Assembly: GCF_048403405.1 (NCBI RefSeq)
Contig: NZ_CP183129.1
From: Escherichia coli
GTDB taxonomy: Bacteria; Pseudomonadota; Gammaproteobacteria; Enterobacterales; Enterobacteriaceae
DNA: 64,000 bases
Reading direction: 5' to 3' (one strand)
A program made the translations under genes and the position numbers. Below are positions 1 to 11,589 of the stretch, in pieces. Under the pieces are notes generated by a model. The model was not told where the DNA came from. It ran no database searches and was given only the letters and a program-made list of their open reading frames with translations. Positions within the stretch are counted from its first letter, which is position 1. Each line of letters starts with the position of its first letter.

Positions 1-360
1 CTGGAGCTGCAGAAACTGTTTGCCGCCTATGCGCGAGCTGATACCGATATTCTGATGGGGCAGCGGATGCGTTCGTTGCAAAATCAGGTTGTCGATATCG
101 CGCCGGAGCAATATCAGAAACTGCGCCAGGACTTCCTTAACAGCCTGACGGTGGAGATGTTAAATCAGGATCTGCGTCAGCAGTTATCGAACGATATGGC
201 GTTAATACTGCTGCAGCCGAAAGGCGAGCCGGAATTTAACATGAAAGCGTTGCAGGCGGCCTGGGATCAAATCATGACCCCATCTACTGCCGCTGCGACC
301 ACCTCTGTCGCCACGGATGACGTACATCCTGAAGTGACGGATATTTCACCTGCACAGTAA
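1..360 (+). CDS. yhjJ: 3' end of a gene running in from upstream of the window (partial); probably yhjJ, an M16-type peptidase homolog
   Basis: Frame open from base 1 to stop at 358-360; convergent with kdgK as in the E. coli yhjJ-kdgK arrangement. Identity by synteny only. Confidence 0.5.
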   Translation: MELQKLFAAYARADTDILMGQRMRSLQNQVVDIAPEQYQKLRQDFLNSLTVEMLNQDLRQQLSNDMALILLQPKGEPEFNMKALQAAWDQIMTPSTAAATTSVATDDVHPEVTDISPAQ

Positions 361-455
361 TGCCTGATGGTGATGAGTTAGCACAACCATCAGGTATTTA
401 TGGATGAGCTGGATAGAGGGGTAACACTTTATCCAGCCTTTTGCATATGCTGCTT

Positions 456-1385
456 TTACGCCGGCATCGCCTCACGCGGGATAATCGCGCCGCGATACTG
501 AATAACGGTACTTGCGGTCAGGTGCCCGCGTTTCGCCGCGTTTTCCGCACTGCCGCCCGTCAAACGTACCGCCAGATAACCGGCACTGAAAGAGTCGCCA
601 GCTGCGGTGGTATCGATCACTTTTTCTTTCGGCAGTTTCACCGCCGGAACATCCACTAACCCTTCGCCAGCAATGGACACCAGGCAAGAATCCGCCCCGC
701 GTTTCACCACCACTTCTTTCACGCCCGCGTTATGGGTGCGCGCAATGACGTCTTCCACCGGCTGTTGACCCCACAGCGCGTCTTCGTCGTCCAGCGTCAG
801 GAAGGCGATATCCGTGCATTCCAGCATTTGCTGGTACACCTGCTGTGTCTCTTCTTTGCTGGCCCACAGGCGCGGACGATAGTTATTGTCGAAAATTACT
901 TTTCCGCCGTTGGCGCGGCATTCGCGCAACAAAGAAAGCAGTTTCTCGCGGCTGGTCGGGCTTAAGATCGCCAGGCTAATCCCGCTCAGGTAGAGATAAT
1001 CGAAATTCGCCAGCTCTTCGCAAATCGCCGCAGACTGCTCGCTCTCCAGCCAGAATTTGGCGGCGGCTTCGTTACGCCAGTAGTAGAACGTACGTTCGCC
1101 GGTGCTGTCGGTTTCAATGTAGTAAAGGCCCGGCAGACGGTTTTCCATCCGTTGGGTCAGGGAAGTATCAACGTTCTCGCCGTGCCAGGCGTCCAGCATT
1201 TGCTGGCTAAAACTGTCCGTTCCCAGCGCCGTTACGTAATGAACGGTTAATGCCGCAGGATCGACCTGACGGGCGATATAGACGGAAGTGTTCAGGGTAT
1301 CGCCGCCGAAACCGCGCTTAACGTCCGCGCCTTTCTCGGAAAGCTCAATCATGCATTCGCCAATCACGGCAATCTTTTTGGACAT
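456..1385 (-). CDS. kdgK: 2-dehydro-3-deoxygluconokinase
   Basis: Translation from internal Met (MSKKIAVIGECMIELSEKG...) gives ~309 aa with pfkB sugar-kinase signatures (DTTAAGDSF); the ORF-track N-terminal extension is rejected. Confidence 0.9.
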   Translation of the reverse strand: MSKKIAVIGECMIELSEKGADVKRGFGGDTLNTSVYIARQVDPAALTVHYVTALGTDSFSQQMLDAWHGENVDTSLTQRMENRLPGLYYIETDSTGERTFYYWRNEAAAKFWLESEQSAAICEELANFDYLYLSGISLAILSPTSREKLLSLLRECRANGGKVIFDNNYRPRLWASKEETQQVYQQMLECTDIAFLTLDDEDALWGQQPVEDVIARTHNAGVKEVVVKRGADSCLVSIAGEGLVDVPAVKLPKEKVIDTTAAGDSFSAGYLAVRLTGGSAENAAKRGHLTASTVIQYRGAIIPREAMPA

Positions 1386-1616
1386 AGTCGTGAACCTGAT
1401 CTGTAAAAAATTAGCGTTAGTTTGCGCTGTGGTGGTTTGCTGGTCAACCATATTAAAACAGTGTTCCATTATTTTTTTGAGCCAGAACGTATTCCTGAAA
1501 GATTCAGTTGTGGAGTGGGGAAATTTACCCCGGCCAGGCGGTAAAGTTCTGCCCTTGTGCGCCGATAATCTTTGTCGAGTCCGGGCAGCATCACTTTTAA
1601 ACACAGGACATCTTTG

Positions 1617-2384
1617 ATGATAAGGCAGGTTATCCAGCGAATAAGCAACCCTGAAGCAAGCATCGAGAGCTTGCAGGAACGGCGTTTTTGGTTGCAGTGT
1701 GAGCGTGCTTACACCTGGCAGCCGATCTATCAAACATGCGGACGGTTAATGGCCGTGGAGCTATTAACGGTGGTCACGCATCCCTTGAACCCTTCGCAAC
1801 GCCTGCCGCCGGATCGCTATTTTACTGAAATCACCGTCAGCCATCGGATGGAGGTTGTGAAAGAGCAGATTGATTTGCTGGCGAAAAAAGCCGACTTCTT
1901 TGTAGAGCACGACCTGCTGGCATCGGTCAATATTGATGGCCCTACGCTCATCACCCTGCGTCAGCAACCAAAAATCCTGCGCCAGATTGAGCGTCTTCCC
2001 TGGCTGCGTTTCGAACTGGTGGAGCATATCCGTCTGCCGAAAGATTCAACCTTTGCCTCGATGTGTGAATTTGGCCCGCTGTGGCTGGATGATTTTGGCA
2101 CCGGGATGGCAAATTTCTCTGCGCTAAGTGAAGTGCGTTATGACTACATCAAAATCGCGCGAGAACTGTTTGTGATGCTGCGTCAGTCGCCGGAAGGCCG
2201 CACGCTCTTTTCTCAGCTTTTACATCTCATGAATCGCTATTGTCGTGGGGTGATCGTCGAGGGCGTAGAAACGCCGGAAGAGTGGCGCGATGTACAGAAC
2301 TCGCCCGCAATCGCCGCACAAGGCTGGTTTCTTTCACGCCCGGCACCGATAGAAACGCTGAATACGGCGGTTTTGGCGCTATAA
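1617..2384 (+). CDS. pdeH: c-di-GMP phosphodiesterase, EAL domain
   Basis: 255-aa product from MIRQVIQRIS...; EAL-domain sequence (ELLTVVTHP); synteny with kdgK. Confidence 0.9.
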   Translation: MIRQVIQRISNPEASIESLQERRFWLQCERAYTWQPIYQTCGRLMAVELLTVVTHPLNPSQRLPPDRYFTEITVSHRMEVVKEQIDLLAKKADFFVEHDLLASVNIDGPTLITLRQQPKILRQIERLPWLRFELVEHIRLPKDSTFASMCEFGPLWLDDFGTGMANFSALSEVRYDYIKIARELFVMLRQSPEGRTLFSQLLHLMNRYCRGVIVEGVETPEEWRDVQNSPAIAAQGWFLSRPAPIETLNTAVLAL

Positions 2385-2453
2385 GCTGCCTCATTTTCCG
2401 CCTGGCTGGACTATCTTTAGGACTGGCACAGGAAGAATATGAGGAAGCGAACG

Positions 2454-4514
2454 ATGAGCAAGGCAGGCAAAATAACCGCTGCGATTTCAGGGGCTTTCTT
2501 GTTGTTGATTGTCGTGGCGATCATTTTGATTGCAACTTTTGACTGGAATCGACTCAAACCGACCATCAACCAGAAAGTCTCTGCGGAGTTGAATCGTCCG
2601 TTCGCTATCCGTGGCGATCTGGGCGTGGTGTGGGAGCGGCAAAAACAAGAAACTGGCTGGCGCAGCTGGGTGCCGTGGCCCCATGTACACGCGGAAGACA
2701 TCATTCTTGGCAATCCACCGGATATTCCCGAAGTCACAATGGTGCATTTGCCGCGAGTAGAAGCGACGCTGGCCCCGCTGGCGCTGCTGACCAAAACGGT
2801 CTGGTTGCCGTGGATCAAGCTCGAAAAGCCCGACGCGCGCCTGATTCGCCTCTCCGAAAAGAACAATAACTGGACCTTTAATCTCGCCAACGATGACAAC
2901 AAAGACGCGAATGCAAAGCCGTCGGCGTGGTCGTTTCGGCTGGATAATATTCTGTTCGATCAAGGGCGGATCGCCATTGATGACAAAGTAAGCAAAGCGG
3001 ATCTGGAAATTTTTGTCGATCCGTTAGGCAAGCCGCTGCCGTTCAGCGAAGTTACTGGATCGAAAGGTGAAGCGGATAAAGAAAAGGTCGGCGATTACGT
3101 TTTTGGCCTGAAGGCGCAGGGACGTTATAACGGTGAACCGCTCGCGGGTAAGGGGAAAATTGGCGGTATGCTGGCGCTGCGTGGCGAAGGGACGCCATTT
3201 CCTGTACAGGCTGATTTTCGCTCTGGTAACACCCGTGTTGCTTTTGATGGCGTTGTGAATGACCCAATGAAGATGGGTGGTGTCGATTTACGGCTTAAAT
3301 TTTCTGGCGATTCGCTGGGTGATCTCTATGAACTGACGGGCGTTCTGCTGCCCGATACCCCGCCGTTTGAAACGGATGGTCGGCTGGTAGCGAAAATCGA
3401 CACTGAAAAATCGTCGGTCTTTGATTATCGCGGTTTTAATGGGCGAATTGGCGATAGCGATATCCACGGTTCTCTGGTCTACACCGCCGGCAAGCCACGA
3501 CCAAAACTGGAAGGTGATGTTGAGTCGCGGCAATTGCGGCTGGCAGATTTAGGGCCGTTAATTGGCGTTGATTCCGGGAAAGGAGCTGAAAAGTCGAAAC
3601 GGTCTGAACAGAAGAAGGGTGAAAAAAGCGTTCAGCCTGCGGGCAAAGTGCTGCCTTATGACCGCTTCGAAACCGATAAATGGGACGTCATGGATGCCGA
3701 TGTTCGCTTCAAAGGGCGGCGCATTGAGCATGGCAGTAGCCTGCCGATTAGCGATCTTTCTACTCATATCATCCTCAAAAATGCTGACCTGCGCCTGCAA
3801 CCGCTGAAATTTGGCATGGCAGGCGGCAGCATTGCGGCGAATATTCATCTGGAAGGTGATAAAAAACCGATGCAAGGGCGGGCAGATATTCAGGCTCGTC
3901 GGCTGAAACTGAAAGAACTGATGCCCGATGTGGAACTGATGCAGAAGACGCTGGGGGAAATGAACGGTGACGCGGAACTACGCGGTAGCGGTAACTCGGT
4001 GGCGGCGCTTTTAGGCAACAGTAACGGCAACCTGAAACTGTTGATGAATGACGGGCTGGTGAGCCGCAACCTGATGGAGATTGTCGGGCTGAATGTCGGT
4101 AACTACATTGTCGGTGCGATATTTGGTGACGATGAGGTGCGGGTGAACTGTGCGGCGGCGAATCTGGATATTGCCAACGGCGTGGCGCGCCCGCAGATTT
4201 TTGCTTTCGATACTGAGAACGCGTTGATTAACGTTACCGGCACGGCAAGTTTTGCTTCGGAACAGCTGGATTTGACTATTGATCCGGAGAGTAAAGGAAT
4301 TCGGATTATCACACTGCGTTCGCCGCTGTATGTGCGTGGGACGTTTAAAAATCCGCAGGCTGGGGTGAAAGCCGGGCCGTTGATTGCTCGCGGAGCCGTT
4401 GCGGCGGCACTGGCAACGCTGGTAACACCGGCGGCGGCGTTATTGGCACTGATCTCACCTTCCGAAGGGGATGCTAATCAGTGTCGGACGATTTTGTCGC
4501 AGATGAAGAAGTGA
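2454..4514 (+). CDS. yhjG: AsmA-family inner membrane protein
   Basis: 686-aa product with an N-terminal TM anchor (AISGAFLLLIVVAIILIATF); synteny. Start could be 15 nt upstream at 2439. Confidence 0.85.
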   Translation: MSKAGKITAAISGAFLLLIVVAIILIATFDWNRLKPTINQKVSAELNRPFAIRGDLGVVWERQKQETGWRSWVPWPHVHAEDIILGNPPDIPEVTMVHLPRVEATLAPLALLTKTVWLPWIKLEKPDARLIRLSEKNNNWTFNLANDDNKDANAKPSAWSFRLDNILFDQGRIAIDDKVSKADLEIFVDPLGKPLPFSEVTGSKGEADKEKVGDYVFGLKAQGRYNGEPLAGKGKIGGMLALRGEGTPFPVQADFRSGNTRVAFDGVVNDPMKMGGVDLRLKFSGDSLGDLYELTGVLLPDTPPFETDGRLVAKIDTEKSSVFDYRGFNGRIGDSDIHGSLVYTAGKPRPKLEGDVESRQLRLADLGPLIGVDSGKGAEKSKRSEQKKGEKSVQPAGKVLPYDRFETDKWDVMDADVRFKGRRIEHGSSLPISDLSTHIILKNADLRLQPLKFGMAGGSIAANIHLEGDKKPMQGRADIQARRLKLKELMPDVELMQKTLGEMNGDAELRGSGNSVAALLGNSNGNLKLLMNDGLVSRNLMEIVGLNVGNYIVGAIFGDDEVRVNCAAANLDIANGVARPQIFAFDTENALINVTGTASFASEQLDLTIDPESKGIRIITLRSPLYVRGTFKNPQAGVKAGPLIARGAVAAALATLVTPAAALLALISPSEGDANQCRTILSQMKK

Positions 4515-4554
4515 TGAGGTTGGATTGTGTTTGCTGGTGAGTTCGGGAGCAGCG

Positions 4555-4677
4555 TGCTCCCCTCCCCCTAACCCTCTCCCCAAAGGGGCGAGGGGACTGT
4601 TTTGTGCGTGTTGAAACAACGAGTACCGCTTTTCCGTTCACTTTCTGGGGAGAGGGCCGGGGTGAGGGTGGCAGCCC
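4555..4677. repeat. GC-rich intergenic repeat with internal palindrome (ctctcccc-aaag-gggcgagggg, plus inverted partner ggggagagggccggggtgaggg); BoxC-like
   Basis: Near-identical copy at 6326-6366 on the other side of yhjE; family assignment from memory is uncertain. Confidence 0.5.
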
Positions 4678-4686
4678 GCACGATAC

Positions 4687-6009
4687 TTACAACGACTGAT
4701 GTCGTGTCTCATGGGTCAGCAGCAGGGCGATTAACGTCAAGCCAGCCATCGCCGCCAGATATAACCCCACCGCACCTAACCCGTAGTTAGTCTGCAACCA
4801 GGCTGCGATATACGGCGCAACGGAAGCCCCGAGAATCGACGCTACGTTGTAAGAGAATGATGCTCCGGTGTAACGCACTTCTGTCGGGAACAGCTCTGGT
4901 AACAGCGCGCCCATCGGCCCGAAGGTCAGCCCCATCAGACTTAACCCCAGCAGCAGGAAGGCAAAAACCAGAATCGGGTTGCCAGAACCGAGCAGCGGGT
5001 TAAAGGCGAACAGCGCGAACAGGATGATCAGCGTGGTGATGATTACCATGCTTTTACGGCGACCAAAGGCATCAGCCAGTAATCCGGCGACTGGCACCAT
5101 CACGCCAAAACCAATAACTGCCATCATCAGCATCCACAACACTTCGTTACGCGGCAGGCCAAGCCCAACGGGCGCGGCGGCGGTACTAAAGGTCATAGAG
5201 TAGACCGTCATGATGTAAAACAGCGTATAGGTTGCCAGCATAATGAACGTACCCAGTACGGTTACGCGAACATGTTTGGTCAGCAGCGTACCCAGCGGGA
5301 TCTTCACCTGTTTTTTCGCTTTAGCGACTTTCTCAAACACCGGCGACTCATGCAGCGACACGCGAACATACAGGCCGATAATGACCAGCACCGCCGAGAA
5401 GATAAACGGCACGCGCCAGCCCCAGCTCATAAACTGCTCGTCGGTCAGTAGCCAGGAAAGCAGTAAGAAAGTGCCGTTGGCAAAGAAGAAGCCAATCGGT
5501 GCGCCCAGCTGCGGGAAGGAGCCGTACAGTGCACGTTTGCGCGGTGGGGCGTTTTCAGTCGCCAGCAGCGCCGCTCCGCCCCATTCGCCGCCTAAGCCCA
5601 GACCCTGACCAAATCGAGCCAGTGCCAGCAGCAGCGGGGCGAAAATACCAATCGTGGCATAGCCCGGCAGCAGACCAATCACCACGGTCGAAATCCCCAT
5701 CGTTAGCAACGAGGCGACCAGCGTCGCTTTACGCCCAACGCGATCGCCAAAATGACCAAAAACGGCAGAGCCAATGGGGCGCGCGACGAAGGCGATGGCG
5801 AAGGTGGCGAGCGACTGTAGCGTTGCTGCCGTTGGATCGCCCTGCGGGAAGAAGATATGCGGAAACACAATAACGGCCGCAGTGGCGTAAATATAAAAGT
5901 CGAAGAACTCAATGGCCGTGCCAATGAGAGAGGCGACAAGGACTTTATTACGCGAGTTGATCGGCGTGTATTCTTGCTCGTGGTCGAGTGTTGTGGCTGT
6001 TGCTTGCAT
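4687..6009 (-). CDS. yhjE: MFS transporter (metabolite:H+ symporter-like)
   Basis: 440 aa, multi-TM, MFS motifs (GHFGDRVGRK); synteny. Confidence 0.9.
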   Translation of the reverse strand: MQATATTLDHEQEYTPINSRNKVLVASLIGTAIEFFDFYIYATAAVIVFPHIFFPQGDPTAATLQSLATFAIAFVARPIGSAVFGHFGDRVGRKATLVASLLTMGISTVVIGLLPGYATIGIFAPLLLALARFGQGLGLGGEWGGAALLATENAPPRKRALYGSFPQLGAPIGFFFANGTFLLLSWLLTDEQFMSWGWRVPFIFSAVLVIIGLYVRVSLHESPVFEKVAKAKKQVKIPLGTLLTKHVRVTVLGTFIMLATYTLFYIMTVYSMTFSTAAAPVGLGLPRNEVLWMLMMAVIGFGVMVPVAGLLADAFGRRKSMVIITTLIILFALFAFNPLLGSGNPILVFAFLLLGLSLMGLTFGPMGALLPELFPTEVRYTGASFSYNVASILGASVAPYIAAWLQTNYGLGAVGLYLAAMAGLTLIALLLTHETRHQSL

Positions 6010-6325
6010 AATCTTTTCTTATTTTTTGGCTAACGAATAGCCATATTACGCACAGCAAAAGTGATATTTCAATGTGTAACAAATCGCGAAAATGGTCAAA
6101 AACCAGGCAAAAAGGGGATAATGTTTAGGCCAGTGATTTTTCTTCTATGAAATGCTTCACATAATTATTATAAATAGTGGATAAAACTGGTTTCAGGTTA
6201 AATAAAAGTTACCAACTGGATTTATATGCTGGGGTTATGAGTTGGTATGAAATTGTTTGCTCCTGAAGAGATGTAGTTTCAGGTGGTTATGTGCATGTCG
6301 TTGCCTGGTCTCTGGCTGGCTTGTA

Positions 6326-6366
6326 CCCCCTCACCCTAATCCTCTCCCCGAAGGGGCGAGGGGATC
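6326..6366. repeat. Second copy of the GC-rich intergenic repeat (ccctaatcctctccccgaaggggcgagggg)
   Basis: Direct sequence similarity to 4561-4598. Confidence 0.5.
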
Positions 6367-6401
6367 GACCGTGCGTTTATCAGGCATTATAAACCAATGA
6401 A

Positions 6402-7415
6402 TTACCGCTGCGTTTTCCCCGGCATTCGCGGGTCGTCTTTATATTCGGCGGTGGCAATCCACGCCGCGCAAAACAGCGTCAAACGGGCGAAGAAGTAGAA
6501 AAATGCCATCAGTCCCAGCACGGAACCAAATGCTGCGCCAGAGGGGGATTTCATCAGCGATGGCAGGGTGTAGGTCATCACGATTTTAATCACTTCAAAA
6601 CCAATCGCAGCCAGAAATGTTCCGCGAATCAGGGCTTTTTTGCGCGGACGGTGGCGCGGCAAGCGCCAGAAGATCCAAAAGAAAAGCAGATAGTTGGCGA
6701 AGATGGAAATCGCCAGGCCAATCAACCGCCACGTCGGTTTCAGCCACTCAATGCTGTTCAGGTGCAGGGCGCTAATAATCATTTGCTGCGCCGAACCGGC
6801 AACCGAGGTGATCGAAAGCGTCACAATCAGTGCAATCAACAAACCAATCAGCGAAATAAAATCACGCAGATATTTTACCCAGAACTTCTCCTGATCTTGC
6901 GGCGAGCGTTCCCAGACATCGCGTGACTGGGCGCGAATCGCTTCACGCAGGTTACCCATCCAGTTGATGCCGGAATAAAGCGCCACCGCCAGGCCGACAA
7001 GCCCTACGGTAGTACGCTGCTGAACGGCGGTGTTGATGGTGTTTTTCAACGTGGCGGCTAGCGTCGGATCGCTGATGTTTTGCAGAATTTTGTCGAAGAT
7101 ATCCTGTAGCAACATCGGATGGGAGGCCAGCACAAAGCCCCCTGCGGCAAACGACACCATCAAAATCGGGATCATCGATAAAAATGAGAAATAGGTGATA
7201 GCCGCACCAAACTGGTTACCCAGCCGATCGTTAAAGCGTTCTGTTGCGCGAATCAGGTGCGCAATAACCGGTTGGCGTTGGACTTTTTCGGCCGTGGTGG
7301 TGACGGTTTCCAGCGCCTGGCTAACTTTGCCGCCTTTCTCGCTATTATCCAACTGCTTAATCGGCTCGTGCTCCAGATCCTGGGTGGGACGTTTGATCTC
7401 GTTTTCCTGCGTCAT
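6402..7415 (-). CDS. yhjD: YihY/BrkB-family inner membrane protein
   Basis: 337-aa polytopic membrane protein; synteny. Confidence 0.85.
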   Translation of the reverse strand: MTQENEIKRPTQDLEHEPIKQLDNSEKGGKVSQALETVTTTAEKVQRQPVIAHLIRATERFNDRLGNQFGAAITYFSFLSMIPILMVSFAAGGFVLASHPMLLQDIFDKILQNISDPTLAATLKNTINTAVQQRTTVGLVGLAVALYSGINWMGNLREAIRAQSRDVWERSPQDQEKFWVKYLRDFISLIGLLIALIVTLSITSVAGSAQQMIISALHLNSIEWLKPTWRLIGLAISIFANYLLFFWIFWRLPRHRPRKKALIRGTFLAAIGFEVIKIVMTYTLPSLMKSPSGAAFGSVLGLMAFFYFFARLTLFCAAWIATAEYKDDPRMPGKTQR

Positions 7416-7463
7416 CCGCTCTTTTGTCCTTCTGTCGTGGTCATTCTTAAAAAGTATAGTCGG

Positions 7464-8363
7464 TCAGTCCAGGTGCTCTTTCATTACGCCAGCCAGCCAC
7501 TGCATAAACAGGTTTACACGCCGGGAAAGCTCCCGACGCTGCGGATAAATCAGCGAAAGGGAGAGCGGCTCGGCACGGTAGCCAGGCAACACTTCAATAA
7601 GCCGCCCGGCACGCAGGGCTTCGCGCACGGCAATGCGCGGGATCTGAATAATCCCCAGACCGGCAAGACCGGCGGCGAGATAGTTTTCGCGACTGTTTAC
7701 CGTCAACATGCCGCCAGACTTAAACCACTGGACGCCATTAACGCTGGCAACCTCAAAACCTAACGGATGTACACCCAGGTGCGGTGTGTAACGCACTATT
7801 GCGTGCGAAGTCAGATCGTCGGGGCTTTGAGGATAACCAAAGCGCGTCAGATAGTGTGGACTGGCACAATTGACCACGGTCAGTTTGCCGAGGGGACGGG
7901 CGATAACGCCATCTTCCGGTGACGCGCCAGTGCGTATCACGCAATCAAAACCATCGTGAAGAATATCTACCGGACGGTCATGGCTACTCAGCTCCAGCTC
8001 AATTCCCGGATGCAGATAGAGAAATTCCGACAGACGCGGCAGTAACAGGCTTTTCGCGATTCCTGGCGGGATGTCGATGCGTAATTTACCGCTGATACTG
8101 GTGGCATCCTGTTGAAACAGACCGTCCAGTTCGTTGAGATTACTCAACACATCTTTTGCCCGTTGATAATAGGTCATGCCTTCTGGCGTGAGTTTGACCC
8201 GCCGCGTGGTGCGCTGGAGAAGCTGGGTGCCAAGTTGATGTTCCAGTGCCTGTATCTGGCGCGAAACACTTCCCTTTGGCAAAGCAAAGAAATCCGCTGC
8301 GCGGGAAAAACTTTCCAGCTCAGCGACTTTGATGAACAACTGCATTGCGTGAATTTTATCCAT
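7464..8363 (-). CDS. yhjC: LysR-family transcriptional regulator
   Basis: N-terminal HTH (MDKIHAMQLFIKVAELESFSRAA) followed by a LysR substrate-binding domain; start trimmed to the internal Met (299 aa). Confidence 0.85.
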   Translation of the reverse strand: MDKIHAMQLFIKVAELESFSRAADFFALPKGSVSRQIQALEHQLGTQLLQRTTRRVKLTPEGMTYYQRAKDVLSNLNELDGLFQQDATSISGKLRIDIPPGIAKSLLLPRLSEFLYLHPGIELELSSHDRPVDILHDGFDCVIRTGASPEDGVIARPLGKLTVVNCASPHYLTRFGYPQSPDDLTSHAIVRYTPHLGVHPLGFEVASVNGVQWFKSGGMLTVNSRENYLAAGLAGLGIIQIPRIAVREALRAGRLIEVLPGYRAEPLSLSLIYPQRRELSRRVNLFMQWLAGVMKEHLD

Positions 8364-8882
8364 TTCTTTGACCGATTGTTGTTCACAGCGAAACAGTAAC
8401 GCGCATATCGCATTGTTTATTGTTTTTTCTAACATCTAATGCCGGGTTTCACAATGTTGTCATGACGAATGTGGCGATTTCTCAGCAGGAAAAGGGCGGA
8501 ATAGCTTTATGAGAAAGGTGAATTTCCCTAAACAGAGCGTTTTTTTCAGCGATTCCCTTTAAAGTGAACAGAGGACGTGTTGGCTATTTGTGCTTATTTT
8601 TGTCTCATTGCCATTTGTTATTTTTGCTTGTGGTCGCGGAGTTTCATTTTTAATTGCATGCGTACTAACCATCAATATAAGGAAATCCTCAAAATTGTTT
8701 TAAATAGTGCCCTCGACATGTAATTTCAGGCGTTTAGCTGTAACGATTTATATCGGCAACTATTTTCTACGCGTCATCTCTGTAGAATGGCCACCGCCAA
8801 ATGGCGAATTCTTATTTTTTCTCGCGGGTAATACCCTTCCACTACTTAAGTCTTTTTAACGTATTCAGGTGGAGATTCAGTT

Positions 8883-9485
8883 ATGCAAATAGTCATGTTT
8901 GACAGGCAGTCAATATTTATTCATGGAATGAAAATCAGTTTACAGCAGCGTATTCCAGGAGTGAGTATTCAGGGGGCCGGTCAAGCAGACGAGTTATGGC
9001 AGAAGCTGGAAAGTTACCCTGAAGCCTTAGTGATGCTCGATGGCGATCAAGATGGTGAGTTTTGCTACTGGTTGCTGCAAAAAACCGTGGTGCAATTTCC
9101 TGAGGTTAAGGTGTTAATTACGGCGACGGATTGCAATAAACGGTGGTTACAGGAAGTTATCCATTTTAATGTGCTGGCCATTGTGCCTCGTGATTCAACC
9201 GTCGAGACATTTGCGTTGGCGGTAAATAGTGCGGCGATGGGGATGATGTTTCTGCCGGGAGACTGGCGAACGACGCCGGAAAAGGACATTAAAGATCTCA
9301 AATCGTTAAGCGCCCGCCAGCGGGAGATTTTAACCATGTTAGCGGCGGGCGAATCAAATAAGGAGATCGGCAGGGCGCTGAATATCAGTACCGGAACGGT
9401 AAAAGCGCATCTGGAATCCCTGTATCGCCGTCTGGAAGTGAAAAATCGCACCCAGGCGGCAATGATGTTAAATATCTCCTCCTGA
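8883..9485 (+). CDS. yhjB: LuxR/FixJ-family response-regulator-like transcription factor
   Basis: 200 aa; C-terminal LuxR HTH (LSARQREILTMLAAGESNKEIGRALNISTGTVKAH). Confidence 0.85.
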   Translation: MQIVMFDRQSIFIHGMKISLQQRIPGVSIQGAGQADELWQKLESYPEALVMLDGDQDGEFCYWLLQKTVVQFPEVKVLITATDCNKRWLQEVIHFNVLAIVPRDSTVETFALAVNSAAMGMMFLPGDWRTTPEKDIKDLKSLSARQREILTMLAAGESNKEIGRALNISTGTVKAHLESLYRRLEVKNRTQAAMMLNISS

Positions 9486-9498
9486 AGAGGATAATTTT

Positions 9499-9532
9499 AC
9501 AGCCAGCAGGAAGTTAGCGGCTGGCTGTAAAA
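9499..9532. terminator. Bidirectional hairpin between convergent yhjB and treF (cagccagc...gctggctg)
   Basis: Inverted repeat flanked by A/T runs. Confidence 0.5.
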
Positions 9533-9535
9533 ATA

Positions 9536-11215
<1,680 letters not shown>

Positions 11216-11468
11216 TTATCGGGCTTTTCTTTAAGGGTAGTCATTCGCTCCGCCTGGTGGGCGACAAAGCGTGCGGTGGATCACGTTTATTTACCTGTCA
11301 AAAAATATAACGCACTAATATCCATGGAATTTATAAAAATACAGATTTCGTGTTGTTTTTCATTTTCAGAACATTCAATCCTGCTCTCGCCGCAATCATG
11401 TTATGCCATTCCTGATCTGGATAATAGGCACAGGCTATCTTATTGATAGTTTATATTCATGTAATTGA

Positions 11469-11482
11469 TTGATTCCTATCAA
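11469..11482 (+). promoter_or_regulatory. FNR-type site TTGAT-TCCT-ATCAA upstream of ccp/yhjA
   Basis: Perfect match to the TTGAT-N4-ATCAA consensus about 110 bp upstream of the ccp start; ccp is known to be FNR/OxyR controlled. Confidence 0.5.
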
Positions 11483-11589
11483 AAAGCGTATCTCCCTGTT
11501 TTTTATGATGGCTTTGTCTCGCAGAGACGTTTGCAGCATTCTGGAAAATTTTCTGGGTCACAATAACTCACCACCGTGAGGGAAGAATA

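Noticed and set aside
55-360. 101-aa ORF treated as a complete gene
   Set aside because: The frame is open to base 1, so this is the C-terminal end of a longer gene entering from outside the window, not a stand-alone small protein.
456-1733. Long N-terminal extensions in the ORF track for kdgK, gadE, slp, chuV, chuT, rlmJ, prlC, yhjC, arsB, yhiM
   Set aside because: Each maximal ORF exceeds the conserved protein length; internal Met or GTG starts matching the known N-termini (and, for chuT, a Fur box inside the extension) were preferred.
2487-2963. Overlapping ORFs on the opposite strand of yhjG (2417-2902, 2487-2963, 3288-3875)
   Set aside because: Embedded in and antisense to the well-supported yhjG CDS.
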